A stretch of 64,000 nt of DNA from the human T2T-CHM13v2.0 reference genome, Homo sapiens: the NCBI RefSeq assembly GCF_009914755.1, contig NC_060926.1. The stretch is one strand, 5' to 3'. The notes beneath the pieces are model-generated. The model saw only the letters and a program-made list of their open reading frames with translations, searched no databases and was not told the origin of the DNA. Position 1 is the first letter of the stretch. Each line of letters starts with the position of its first letter. Shown piece after piece: positions 16,103 to 28,753 of the stretch. Both the position numbers and the translations under genes were made by a program.

Positions 16103-18125
16103 GAAAGTGTTCTGTGTAAGCTTCTGATATGGTAAATATAGTAAGATATAAGCAGTATAAACAAAAGCTCTCTCTCGTTCTCAATAATTTTCAAGAGTGT
16201 AAAGGGGTGCAAAGACCAAAAAGTTTGAGAAACGCTATTCTAGGTCGTAGATTAAAAACATGAGCAAGACATAACTTACATTAGTTGAGGGTGTCAGACA
16301 AATGTGAAATATGGTTTTATAATATCTTTTCATTAAACTATATTGCACCTTAAATAGATTGCTTAAAAATAAATACCCTTTTTGAAAAATAAGTATTTAT
16401 CTGAAGTTTAGTGTTGTTTGTAATGCCCTATCAATTTATTTTTCTTCTATAAAAATCGAGCACTATTTTTTCTGCCAGTTTCAAGTAAAATTAAATGCAA
16501 CAGATTTTTACTAAAAGAAATATATATAGTCCAATAAAATTTAATTTTTTTCTATTTATTTATCTATCAAGCTAGCTATGCTTCCACTTTTAAATATGCA
16601 CAGATGCACAGATAGGTGATGTAGACATGTGTTTATGCAATACCACCAGTGACTATTCTGAGTTGTGGGACTTGAGATGATTTTCTCTTTTTGCTCTCTT
16701 CTTGGTACTTTTTCTGAATAACTTAGGTTTCAAAAAATGAACGTCAACATTTGAGTAACAACTAATTTAAACACACACACATACACACTATAAAGACTGG
16801 CAAAGTAAGATTCCCAGCAACAGACGTCTCTTTGAAATACCTTCCATATCCAACACCTTCCTCTTCTTCCTAAGAGGAAGTTCTTGGCTAAACTTGACCT
16901 CGTCCAAACTTATAATAATTAATCATTGAGCATTTCCAAGTAAGCACCTAATATGGAACCACATTCCCAATCAAATCCCCATTTTTTTCTTAGGGTTCCT
17001 TAGTGCATCTATGACTGCTGTCTTGGTTCTCTGATTATGATCATATTCTAGTTGGGAGGCAAGTGGAAATACTTGTGTGATATTACTCAATTCTACACTA
17101 TTTCCATGGCCTAGACTCCCAACTGAAAAACCCTAGAATTAAAAATCCTATTGTCCTTTCCTTGGATTTCACATCAATTAGCGCTGTAGGTACTCACTCT
17201 GCTAATTCTAGATATATCTATTATGCAGAGAAACCAATGACTGCATGTGTTTCTGAGGCCATTTCATTTCTGTTATGTTTTTCTTTCACAAGGCCAAATA
17301 TTCATTTATTTTAAAAAAGAAAAAGCTGTTCATATGTTAAAGAGGTCAAAATGCAATTTAAGAGCATAATTCTCCCCAAAGAGAAGGGATACTAATAAAT
17401 GCTAGGACATTTTCTACTGCTAAGTACCTTGTTGCTTTTGGTTAAGTAAACACAACAAATGGAGAAGAGCTTGGAGCCTCATGGGTGATCAGGGAGGGAA
17501 TGTGAAAGGAAGATCAACAGATCAGCGTCTACCTGAACCACGGCTATTGAGAAGGAGCGATACAAGAGAGCACGGAAGACAGTTTTGTTAAAGAAAAATA
17601 GTCATTTATCTATGTTTCCATACATCAGGGAATATATATTTTAGCTTTGTTTCTCAGCAGAAATGTATTATTTCTACCTTCAATGATTAGAATGTTCTTC
17701 CCATTCTCCCACTGCTCAGAAATACTGACCTCACAAAGAGAACATCACTGCACTTCTGGTTAAAAGATTGCTCTAAATAGTTATTTCTCAAAAGAAGACA
17801 TACAAATGGCTAATAGGTATATAAAAAGATGCTCAACATCACTATCATCAGAGAAATGCAAATTAAAACTAAAATGTGATGTCACCTCATACTTGCTGGA
17901 AAGGCTATCACCAAAAAGACAAAGGGTAACAAGTGTTAGGGTGTGGAGAAAGGGAAACTTTTATACACTGTTGGTGAGAATGTAAATTTGCACAGCCATT
18001 ATGGAAAACAATATGCAGGTTCCTCCAAAAACTAAAAATAGAATTACCTTATGAACACAAATCCCACTGCTGGGTATACATCCAAAGGAAATGAAATCAG
18101 AATCTTGAAAAGACACCTGTGCTCC

Positions 18126-19403
18126 TGTGTCCAGAATTGGTGGGTTCTTGGTCTCACTGACTTCAAGAACGAAGCCCCGGACCCTCGTGGTGAGTGTTAC
18201 AGCTCTTAAGGTGGCGCATCTGGAGTTTGTTCCTTCTGATGTTCGGATGTGTTTGGAGTTTCTTCCTTCTGGTGGGTTCCTGCTCTCGCTGGCTCAGGCA
18301 CGAGTGAAGCTGCAGACCTTCATGGTGAGTGTTACAGCTCATAAAGGCAGTGTGGACCCAAAGAGTGAGCAGCAGCAGGATTTATTGCAAAGAGCGAAAG
18401 AACAAAGCTTCCACACTGTGGAAAGGGACTCCAGCGGGTTCCCACTGCTGGCTAGGGCAGCCTGCTTTTAGTCTCTTATCTGGCCCTACCCACATCCTGC
18501 TGATTGGTAGAGCCCAGTGGTCTGTTTTGACAGGGCGCTGATTGGTGCGTTTACAATCCCTGAGCTAGATACAAAGGTTCTCCAAGGCCCCACCAGAGTA
18601 GCTAGATACAGAGTGTCGATTGGTGCATTCACAAACCCTGAGCTAGACACAGGGGGCTGATTGGTGTGTTTACAAACCTTGAGCTAGATACAGAGTGCCG
18701 ACTGGTGTATTTACAATCCCTGAGCTAGACATAAAGGTTCCTCACGTCTCCACCAGACTCAGGAGCCCAGCTGGCTTCACCCAGTGGATCCCGCACCGGG
18801 GCTGCAGGTGGAGCTGCCTGCCAGCCCCGCCCCGTGCGCCCGCACTCCTCAGCCCTTGGGTGGTCGATGGGACTGGGCCCCGGAGCAGGGGGCGGCGCTC
18901 GTCTGGGAAGCTCCGGAGGCACAGGAGCCCACGGAGCGGGTGGGAGGCTCAGGCATGGCGGGCTGCAGGTCCCGAGCCCTGCCCGGCGGGAAGGCAGCTG
19001 AGGCCCGGCGAGAAATCGAGCGCAGCGCCGGTGGGCCGGCACTGCTGGGGGACCCAGTACACCCTCTGCAGCCGCTGGCCCGGGTGCTAAGCCCCTCATT
19101 GCCCGGGGCCGGCAGGGCCGGCCGGCTGCTCCAAGTGCGGGGCCCGCCAAGCCCACGCCCACCCGGAACTCCAGCTGGCCAGCAAGCGCCGCGCGCAGCC
19201 CGGGTTCCCGCTCGCGCCTCTCCCTCCACACCTCCCTGCAAGCTGAGGGAGCCGGCTCAGGCCTTGGCCAGCCCAGAAAGGGGCTCCCAGTGCAGCGGTG
19301 GGCTGAAGGGCTCCTCAAGTGCCGCCAAACTGGGAGCCCAGGCAGAGGAGGCGCCGAGAGCGAGCAAGGGCTGTGAGGACAGCCAGCATGCTGCCACCTC
19401 TCA
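18126..19403 (-). mobile_element. LTR12C (ERV9) solo LTR
   Basis: Reverse complement runs TGAGAGGTGGCAGCATGCTGGC...CCAATTCTGGACACA; 4-bp TSD CTCC at 18122-18125 and 19404-19407. Confidence 0.95.
18460..19380 (-). promoter_or_regulatory. LTR12C U3 promoter/enhancer: CCAAT (NF-Y) repeats plus CpG-island-like GC-rich block
   Basis: ATTGG at 18503, 18541, 18619, 18660 (variant ACTGG at 18701); dense CpG and GC boxes 18780-19380; activity not shown. Confidence 0.65.
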
Positions 19404-19492
19404 CTCCCATGCTCACTGTAGCACTATTCACAATAGCCAAGACAGGGAATCAACCGGTGTCCATCAAGGATGAGTGGATAAAGGTATCCATT

Positions 19493-19521
19493 CACACACA
19501 TACACACACACACACACACAC
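19493..19521. repeat. (CA)n microsatellite
   Basis: Directly visible. Confidence 0.9.
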
Positions 19522-19698
19522 CATGCCCACCACAAATGATTCCTTTTTAAAATAATGAAACTGAACATTTCCATCATCAAATCTACAGCCTTGATGTCAT
19601 AATCCTTAGTACTCACATGTATTTTGGAGCTCTCCCTTCTGTAATTAAGCTCGTCAAGCTCATCAATTAAATTCTATCACTCCATGGAAAAACTGGGT

Positions 19699-20023
19699 GT
19701 TTTTTTTGTTTTGTTTTGGTTTGGTTTTTTTTGAGACGGAGTCTTGCTCTGTAGCCCAGGCTGGAGTGCAGTGGCGTGATCTCCGGCTCTCTGCAAGCTC
19801 CGCCTCCCGGGTTCACGGCATTCTCCTGCGTCAGCCTCCAGAGTAGCTGGGACCACAGGCGCCCGCCACCATGCCAGGCTGATTTTTTTTGTATTTTGTA
19901 TTTTTAGTAGAGACAGGGTTTCACCCTGTTTGCCAGGTTGGTCCCAATCTCCTGACCTCGTGATCCGCCTGCGTTGGCCTCCCAAAGTGCTAGGATTACA
20001 GGCATGAGTCACCGCGCCCAGCC
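19699..20023 (-). mobile_element. AluY/AluSc8-like
   Basis: GCAAGCTCCGCCTCCCGGGTTCACGGCATTCTCC, CCTGACCTCGTGATCCG; (TTTTG) tail. Confidence 0.95.
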
Positions 20024-20313
20024 CTGGCTTCTTACATTTAATGGCAAAATAAAAACTTTCCTGGAATTCAAGGGAGCAATGTGAAATGCTCATATTTGAG
20101 ATTGTTTGTCTCTTCAAATTGCCCACTGGAAATATTGATGTAGAAGAACTCCCTGATCTTCTTCAGATAATCAAATTAAATTGTATGGATTTTCACCGAT
20201 TTGTGTATTGTGTTGTTTGTAGACGAGGTATCCAACATTTCATTCAAGCCACCCAAATGTCAACAGTGCCTATCCACAAATAGAGTGCCTTGATTTATTT
20301 TTGAAGTGCTAGT

Positions 20314-20617
20314 ATTTTATTTTTTATTTTTTAATTTTTGAGATGGAGTCTCACTCTGCCGCCCAGTCTGGAGAACAGTGGCGTGATCTCAGCTCACTGC
20401 AACTCCACCTCCTGGGTTCAGGTTATTCTCCTGCCTCAGCCTCCCAAGTAGGATTACAGGCACCCAACACCATGCCCAGCTAATTTTTGTATTTTTAGTA
20501 GCGACTGTGTTTCACCATGTTGGCCAGACTGGTCTCCAACTCCTGACCTCAAGCGATTCGCCCACCTTGGCCTCCCAAAGTGCTGGGATTACAGACATGA
20601 GCCACTGTACCCCATCC
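20314..20617 (-). mobile_element. AluS (Sx/Sz-like)
   Basis: Full antisense Alu with T-rich tail. Confidence 0.95.
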
Positions 20618-21572
20618 AAAAATGCTATTATTCTAGAAAGTAGTTATCATGTAATTCTGCCCATAATGATTCATGATGGAATTCCTTCCATAAGTTTCCT
20701 GGGTACTAAAAATGTTGGTGGGTTAAAATAAATTTCCTAATTGAAAAGCATATAAAAAATTGTACCACATGCTGACTTAATTGGCTATTCTGCCATCATT
20801 TCTATCAAGATAAATAATCAGAAAACCTAGCCAAGACACCATATTCATTTTCTTAGGATTCTTTCAGAGGAGGAACATCTCTACCTTTGATAGACTCTTC
20901 CACAAAGAGTTACTCAGTCCACCAGTGGCGGCAATTGAAATAAAAGCCTCACCATTATCCCTTATTTCCAGTAGTGGGACTTTATTTACTTTAGCTCATT
21001 TTAAGGAACCTGTAGCTAAATCCCATTGCCATCCTGCCCTATCACCGTCAAGCAAATAGCCAAAATGGAAGGATGGTGCAGAATTCTCAGAACTCCCTTA
21101 AGCACATTGTCAGAAGAGATGGACCAGTCAGCTTTTATAGGTTCCTCATTACTCAAGATGTCACTAAACCTCTGTCAACAAGATAGTTCTACTGACTTAT
21201 TAAGGGAGTGATTTCTAAAGACTTGCCTTTAAACCTCTAAACCAACTAAACTCTATAAGAAAATAGAAACATATTCTTATAGTTTGTCTGCATCTACTCA
21301 CTCACCTTTTAAACATAAGATTCAGCACTTTCTAAAATTGGCTTATCACTCATTTGCCTGCAAAGGTTTAGATTGATAGTGCACTAGAGTGGTCCTGTGG
21401 TGGTTGTTTACAGAGTTATTTCTCCCCCAGGGGAACCCAAACAGAAGTAAGTCACAGACTCTCCCAGCCATCAGCATAAAGTAGCTCTCTAAACTTCCTG
21501 AGGAATCGTCAAAGCTACAAAATAAGAGAAGCAACGACCTTTTGGTATGGAGACTACATCGTTTAAGATAAG

Positions 21573-22090
21573 TGTATTTGTCAGGGCCCTAGCAAGATAC
21601 AGATAACATACTCTGGGGTAATTTGAGGTAGGTTTAGTAAGGCACCTTTTACAATAGTGTGAGCAGGAAGTAGGTATACTTCAAGAGATAGTGCAGTAGC
21701 TTGAAACTAGTGTTGGTGGAAATGTAACCACTCTTAGTCTCAAGGGGCTGAGAGAAGGGAGCAGTTATTGGAAAGGTTATGAAGAGAGTTTATAAAGAGA
21801 ACCATGTTGAGAAGAGCAATCACCTTCATCAAAGGGCTCATCAGCCCAAGGCAACTCTTCAGGGATGGACCTAAGGAAATATTGATCCTAGCCTCACTCA
21901 TTTTCTTCCCTCTGATCTTCTCCCCTTAGTTAGTCTTCTACTAACTTCCCATAGGTTGGACCACCTAGAAACCAGAAGGCAAGGGATCTCAATGATGCAG
22001 TCTGTCCAGTGAGCCTTCCTGAATAAACGGAGGGTTGGAAGGGTAGACGGTGGATGCAGAGAGAATAAAAGAAGTGACTTCACTAGTACA
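21573..22090 (-). mobile_element. LTR33-like ERVL solo LTR
   Basis: CCAGAAGGCAAGGGATCTCAATGATGCAGTC...GGTGGATGCAGAG...CTAGTACA resembles the antisense LTR33 5' end. Confidence 0.65.
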
Positions 22091-22657
22091 ACCCAGGGAG
22101 AGCCTTGCAAATGAACCATTTGTAAGGATTGAGCAGGAGGCAAGAAAAATGTGTGGGAATAATACCAGGGCTTAGTCCTTTGGAATTCCTGCCATCGTCT
22201 GTCTTTTGGATGGAATTACCCTCAGATAGTAGCATAACAGGTAAGTGTCTTGACAAAAGCCTGTTCTATGTCTCTCTTTATTATTCAGTAAGATCTCATA
22301 AAGAAAATCCAGGTAGGCGTTTGGAAGTTAAAATTTATTGCCATCTTCAGCCATTATCAAAACACTGGGATCAGAACCTGAAGAATGATGCTCTGAGTAT
22401 AGGGGGTGGAGAGGAGAGTAAAAAAATTCAGGCCCAGGACTAGGTCAATAGAAGCTCACAAAGAAGATGGCAATAATCATGAGTCTATGTTTACCTTTCT
22501 ATGTATTTATAATACATCCACAGCTAGATACCTTAAATATTATTTGTTTCCCTTTAATCTCTCTTTATGATATAAACAGAATAGCTCATTTTCTTTAAGA
22601 AAAATATTATTACCACTCACATACATTCATTTACATAGGTTGTGTATGCAGGTGCAC

Positions 22658-22678
22658 GTGTGTGTGTGTGTGTGTGTG
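22658..22678. repeat. (TG)n microsatellite
   Basis: Directly visible. Confidence 0.9.
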
Positions 22679-23179
22679 CATGCCTTTTTGCTCTTTGGCT
22701 CTCAAATTGGTATAACAAACATTGTTGTGGTGGTTCTTTATACTCCAATCTCCTGAAAGACAGGAACTGTTGCAAACCTCTCCTATCTCCATCTCCAGTA
22801 CAGAGTTGTGCACTTATTGCACTGGCCACCCTTTTCATAGCTACACAATACATTTCTACAGACTGACTTGTTTACCAGAATTCTCAGTACATGTTTCAGA
22901 TATCCTGTCTGTTCTGGTTCCCAAATCCATCACTTACTTGATCTGTGACTTCTGTTTGAGATGGGTGAGACAAAATGTGGCAACCTGTTTACTTTTTACT
23001 CTAAATACAGTTCATAGCAAATGAAAAGATCAAAGTATGTGCTCTGAATACAAAAAAAAAAAAAAACCTACCAGAGGTTTGCTATCCACATTTTTGTCTT
23101 GTTGTTTGCACTTTTAAAGGAATAAATGCAGGTATAATAAATAAAACTCTAAAATAAGTGAAAAAATATTCTATGTCAG

Positions 23180-23370
23180 AGAATTGTCTTTATCCTGGTC
23201 TGGGACATAGAAAGACTAGGTTCTAGCACTAGGTTTTCCAATAATTTGCTGTTTTATCTTGGGAAAGTCATTTAACTAGTCTGATGCTGGGTTTCTCTGA
23301 TGATAACTGAAGAGGGTAAATGGGTGGATTTGCATATGAGATTTAATGCTATTTTCAGCTCCAAAGTTTT
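23180..23370 (+). mobile_element. MIR/MIR3
   Basis: TTGGGAAAGTCATTTAAC...GGGTTTCTC core. Confidence 0.55.
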
Positions 23371-24479
23371 GCTTGTAACATAAACTAAATAGCAATAGGA
23401 GAAATGCATGCACAAAGAAAAAATAAAAAAGCATTAAGAAATAGCAACAAATTATTGGTAATCAGATGTTGATAATTATAGGATGCCATCCAAAGTCCTA
23501 GAAGAATGAGGCCATAATGGCGAAAGCTTAGGAAATAACTGCCTAGAAAAGTGAATGAATAAGGTCCCTCCTGACAGATGTCAAAAATCGAGAAGCAAAG
23601 AAAGCATTGAGTGATGGATGAGACTGAAATTAAACCTAAGGTGATGCTGGAAGAGATGACTAATGATGTGAATTTCTTCAGCTTTTGTCAGCTAAATGTC
23701 ATGGCATTCCTGCTAAATCGGTACTGCAAGCTTGGCATTCAAAGCCCATGAACTACCCTAGAATAGAGCAGATCCACTGCACCATCATATGCTTCATTTG
23801 GAAAGGGTTATGATAAGGACATGTAAGTTGCTACAGCCACAACAAATATAGAATCTTTTCTTTGAGGACTTCTGGATAGAGAGTTGATGAGGGAGGGGCT
23901 TTGAGGAACCTAATTTTATTCAGAAAAATCTTTGCTTCTATAGAGGGAGAAAGATGTCATTATCCCAAACGAAACCCTTATCTATTCAGAACCCATGTAA
24001 TATAAGCATGGTTCAAAAAAGAAACAAATCAACAACATAAATAAGCGAAAACTCGTGTGGTTTTCTAAAAATTCATGTAGAGTGTCTAGCTTCAGAGTCT
24101 ACAAAAAGCCTTAAAAACATTCCTTTGCCCACTCACTCCTACCATACCCTGTACTGTTTCAAAGTATTTTGCTTCACAAGTCAAACTGCAAACCAGAAAT
24201 TTTCTTCCCTCCCTAACTTATTCCCTTTCTCTCTCCTCTTTCATCACATAGCTAGGAGTAACTTTGCTTAAGCATGAAAGAATATCTTCCTTTTAGGAGT
24301 TAGGGAAGAAGGAACATTGTTGTGGGAATTCCAAAGTTCTCTTTGCTGGGCTGCTTGAGGATGGAGACTGAATAGTACCCCTTGATCCATGAGATCATCT
24401 GTGCCTAGCGGTACATAGAATTCATCCTAGAGGGCTAAAATGAAAAGAAGCTAATGAAATCTCTAGTTATAGAAGTGTG

Positions 24480-24858
24480 TGTAGGTTCAGGAAGAAACAA
24501 AGGATGTTGAGGAACCGGAGGCCAGCAATTAATGTCCGTTGGGCTGAAGCACTGGGAGGTGAGGACAGTGCCCCTGGAGCCCAGTGGGAACCGGAGCTCA
24601 GAGTAAGTTCTGCCCAGCAGCGGCTGTAGTCAAGGAAGGCCCAGCTGCAGGAAGAGACAGACTCAATGCAGAGGACTTGCGGGGAAGGCGCCCCCTGCTT
24701 CTCATGCCCACTTTTCTCCTGCCCCCTGATCCCCAGTCACCAATTAGCAGGAGAGCCTGGGTGACAAGGTAGAGCGGGTTCAGTCTCACAGGGCACAGAG
24801 CAGGGAGAACAGAGTCAAGAACAGAGAGGCAGAAAGACAAACAGAACAACCAGTACAG
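24480..24858 (-). mobile_element. Old ERVL LTR fragment (LTR33/LTR41-like)
   Basis: AGGGCACAGAGCAGGGAGAA...AACAACCAGTACA terminus. Confidence 0.45.
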
Positions 24859-25092
24859 CTACCTCCTACTTACATAAACATCACTGCTTAGCCAGCAGTC
24901 CTGGTTACTTCCTAATCACTAATTTTATTCTGTCACGTAGAATCCCTTATTCTTTTCCTTACTTCTTAAGACTATATGCAAGCCAGGATCTCAGTCTGAG
25001 CTGGAAGAAAAATACTCTAGGAACTCCTGTGAAGGAAAATGCGGAATGCACTTCATACCCACCCCAGGCTGAGAACAGTCTGATAGCCGTGG

Positions 25093-25694
25093 TGTGTCCA
25101 GAATTGGTTCCTTCCAGTGGGTTCTTGGTCTCGCTGACTTCAAGAATGAAGCCGCAGACCCTAGCAGTGAGTGTTACAGTTCTTAAAGATGGTGTGTCCA
25201 GAGTTTGTTCCTTCAGATGTGTCCACAGTTTCTTCCTTCCAGTGGGTTCGTAGTCTCCCTTATTTTAGGAGCAAAACCACAGACCATCGTGGTAAGTGTT
25301 CCAGCTCATAAAGGTAGTGCAGACCCAAGGAGTGAGCAGCAGCAAGATTTATTGTGAAGAGTGAAAGAAGAAAGCTTCCACAGCATGGAAACGGACCCAA
25401 CGGGTTGCCGCTGCTGGCTCAGATGGCAAACTTTTATTCCCTTATTTGGCCCCACCCACATCTGGCTGATTGGTCCATTTTACAGAGCACTGATTGGTCC
25501 TTTTTACAGAGTGCTGATTGGTACGTTTTTACAGAGTGCTGATTGGTACGTTTTTACAGAGTGCTGATTGGTGCGTTTACAATCCTTTAGCTAAACACAG
25601 AGTGCTGATTGGTGCGTTTACAATCCTTTAGCTAGACAGAAAAGTTATCCAAGTCCCCACTCGAACCAGAAAGTCCAGCTGGCTTCACCTCTCA
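25093..25694 (-). mobile_element. Short LTR12 (LTR12/LTR12F-like, ERV9) solo LTR
   Basis: TGTGTCCAGAATTGGTTCCTTCC...CTGGCTTCACCTCTCA; six ATTGG boxes in tandem repeats at 25469-25612. Confidence 0.93.
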
Positions 25695-26904
25695 ATAGCC
25701 TGCCCATCAGCTGTTCTGTTGCCCTGTAGCCTGCTCCAGATTATCAGTGAAATCACCGCAGCCAGAGACCCTGTGAGTTCCCACATATTTGATACATTTA
25801 TTACAAGATTTTCTCTCTTAGAACTTGACATTTTGCAGTGGGTGTTTTGCATGGTTCTGAATCAACTCCTTTATCCTCTAAGGTCTAGAGGTGGACTGAG
25901 CTTAGAGCTTATAGAGTTTCCATCAAGGATCAGAGAGATTTAAACTTAGGGCTCAGTGCTCACAGGAACCCAGCCATGAGCTAACATCAATGTTGTTTCA
26001 TCTTATAATATCTATTCTGAGATTTGGGATGCCAGTTTGGGTACCCTAACCATCATCATAGTAATATGTTCACAGATTAAAAAAACACAAATTCCTTGTT
26101 TAAAACAAATTACATATATATGTCATTTTTGGATTACCTTTAGCTAGATATAAAGTTGGCTGTTGCACATTCCAAAAATTTATAGAGTGAAAAATTTAAC
26201 CTGGAACAGTTAGGGAATAAATAAGGAAAAACATTTAGGTGTACTGAATCTGTTTCATTTTACAAATTCCACTTTTATAAACACACTGAAAGTGAGCTCA
26301 GATTCACTAAATATTGATTGCCAGCATAGCAAGAATTTTACTTAAAAATTTCTCTTCTTGTGTTGATGAATCTGTATCAAGCGTTCTGATATTTGGCAAC
26401 TAAAAGGAGCAGAGTGCTCTGTAGCCCTTTGAGGCTGTTGCTCACATCCAGGCAGTAGTGATTGGGCATTGGTTCTTCCCAAAAGTGGAGATGGTCTCAC
26501 TAGCTTTAGCTATTAGGAAGGGTACTGTGTTACCTCTCCTAGGAATGTACACTGCTCCATTTTCCCTGTCTGGAATTCTTTAAAAGTTTTTCTGGTTTTT
26601 TCCTTTGTTTTGTTTTTAAACCTTGATAATCTCACCCTTCATTAAAATCTCACCTTCCTCTTGTCTTTTCCTCTTGTCTCCAACATCTACTTCTTGTCTC
26701 CTTTGCTGGGCTCTCTTTTGTATTCTGCTGATCCCTAATGTGGACAGCATGTAAAGCTTTTTCTTTTTTTCTTCTCTCCTCTCTATTCCTGCAGGCCACT
26801 TGCCACAGCTCTCTCCAACTCCACACCTTCCACTGTTTCTTTAACCTCAGCTTCTCTTCTCGGCTCCAGCTCCACATTTCCAGCATTCTGGGGATGTTTT
26901 ATAG

Positions 26905-27450
26905 TGTTCATTTCCTAGGACTCCTGAAAAAATTACCAGTAATTTGGTAGCTTAAAAAAAATTACAAATGTATTCTGTTGCAGTTCTAGAGTCCAGAAAC
27001 CTGGTCTGCTTCTCTGGGCTAAGCCTCCTTCTGAAGACACCGGAGGAAAATCCCTAGCTTTGGCTTTTCCAGCGTCAAGAGCAGCCTTGCATTCCTGTTC
27101 CGGTGAGTAGTGGCCGCCTGTATTTTGGTCTCATGGCCCCTTCTTCCATCTTCTTGGCCAGAAGTAAAGGATCTTTAAATGGCTCTCTGTCTGCTGAGGG
27201 GGTCTCCCCCACTCCTCTCTTCTGTTTGTGTGCCATCTGCGTCTGCCTCTGTCTTATAAGGATACATAAGGGTCCATGCCGATCATCCAGGATAAGCTTC
27301 TGGATCAAAATTTTTAACTTAATCACATTCGCAAACATTTTCTTTTCTTTTTTTCTTTTCTTTTTCTTTTTTTTTTCCACATAAGCTAACACCCACGTTC
27401 ACATTAAGATGTGAATATCTTTTGGGAGGGGGGCATTTTTTAACCTAATA
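26905..27450 (-). mobile_element. MLT1C/D-like MaLR solo LTR
   Basis: TATTCTGTTGCAGTTCTAGAG...GGATAAGCTTC...TTAACTTAATCACATT. Confidence 0.78.
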
Positions 27451-27492
27451 GCCTTCCCTCTGGGTAGTTTTGAGCATCCTAATTTCAATACA

Positions 27493-27832
27493 TAGTGGAC
27501 CTTCTGTTTCCATGGGTTCTGTGTTCGTGAATTCAACCAACTATGGATCGAAATTTTTTTTTTTTAAATGGATGGTTGTGTTTGTACTGAGCCTTTTCAG
27601 ACTTTTTTTTCCTGTTATCATTTCCTAAACAATGTAGCACAACAACTATTTACTTAGCATGAATGCTGTACTAGGTTTTATAAGTAATCTAAAGATAAAG
27701 TATACGAAAGGACATGTGTACATCATATACAAATACTATACCATTTCATATCAGGCACTTGAGCATCCTTGGATTTTGGTATTAGCAGGGGGCTCCTGAA
27801 ACCAATGCCCTAGGGATACCGAGGGATGACTA
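27493..27832 (-). mobile_element. MER2 (TcMar-Tigger non-autonomous), full length
   Basis: ATTCAACCAACTATGGATCGAAA...CTTGAGCATCCTTGGATTTTGGTAT...GGATACCGAGGGATGACTA. Confidence 0.9.
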
Positions 27833-28441
27833 TACATGACTGATTTGAAGACTTTTGTATTTCTAGTATTGGTGTTTCAATCTCCTGGCTTGAAACCTCA
27901 GTCACCTCTCTCTCAGTGCTTGCATTTACACACAGTCACATTTTCCTCGCACAGTCCTTCTCACCTGCCCTTGTTTCCTCTCTTCCTATTGTTACCAACT
28001 TAGTCCAGGTCCCTATTTATTTATTCTTAGTCCACTGAAGTAAACTCTTAATAATCTTGCTGCCAGCAGTCTTCTTCATTATAAATGCCACTACTAGGTA
28101 CAATTTTCCTAAATCAATCTTTGATTGTGGCATAAAACAAGCCTCCCAAAGCCACCTACCTGCCTGGAGTCACAGTCTCACTTAGCCACATGAGGCTCAA
28201 ATCTCCTAGCCTGATATTCAAACATCCCACTCTATCTTTTAATTTGCTTATAAGCCTGCTCTTCTAGGTAAACCCATTACTCAAAGAGAAACTTCCATTT
28301 TCCAATTTTTGCCCCCTTTTTTATTATTTATGTTTTTTATGGAAAGGAGCCAAGGTTTTCTTTAAAAGAATAAAATATGTTCTATGCCATAAATTCGATA
28401 CATGTCAAACAGTTATGAAAAGCATTTTATTCAAGATCGGT

Positions 28442-28753
28442 GGCTGGGCCTGGTGGCTCGTTTCTGTAATCCCACCACTTTTTGGAAGGCAAAGGCAGGC
28501 AGATCCTTCAAGCCCAGGAGTTTGAGACCAGGCTTGGCAATATGGCAAAACCCTGTCTCTACCAAAAAAAAAGTTGGGTGGAGTGCACACCTGTGATCCC
28601 AGCTACTCAGGAGGCTAAGGTGGGAGAATCACCCGAGCCTGGGAAGGTTGAGGCTACAGTGAGCCATGATCAGGTCACTGCACTCCATTCTGGGTGACAG
28701 TGAGAGCCTGTCTCAAAAAAAAAAAAAAAAAAAAAAAAAACAATAACAACAAA
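28442..28753 (+). mobile_element. AluJ (Jb-like) with long poly-A
   Basis: AAGCCCAGGAGTTTGAGACC, GGTTGAGGCTACAGTGAGCC. Confidence 0.93.

Larger units (their letters stand above)
17777..19490 (+). mobile_element. L1 (L1MA/L1MB-type) 3' fragment split by LTR12C
   Basis: AAAAGAAGACATACAAATGGC...GAAATGCAAATTAAAAC; reads through as GCTCC|CATGCTCACTGTAGCACTATTCACAATAGCCAAG once the LTR is removed. Confidence 0.9.

Noticed and set aside
15742-16212. 156 aa Ile/Tyr/Phe-rich ORF
   Set aside because: Translation of the TA-rich tract
18695-19473. Overlapping 130-229 aa ORFs, the longest in the window
   Set aside because: They lie essentially within the GC-rich LTR12C U3, where stop codons are rare; Pro/Ala/Gly/Arg-rich with no recognisable domain
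20917-20936. CTCF-like CCACCAGTGGCGGCA
   Set aside because: Spacing does not fit the CCASYAGRKGGC core; too weak without ChIP data
25460-25640. CRISPR-like periodic repeats (also 18500-18730)
   Set aside because: These are the known LTR12 CCAAT enhancer tandem repeats; no unique spacers, no cas genes, primate DNA
18126-25694. Possible full HERV9 provirus bounded by two LTR12s
   Set aside because: The LTRs differ in length and subfamily, the LTR12C has its own TSD, and the spacer has no gag/pol/env, only host repeats
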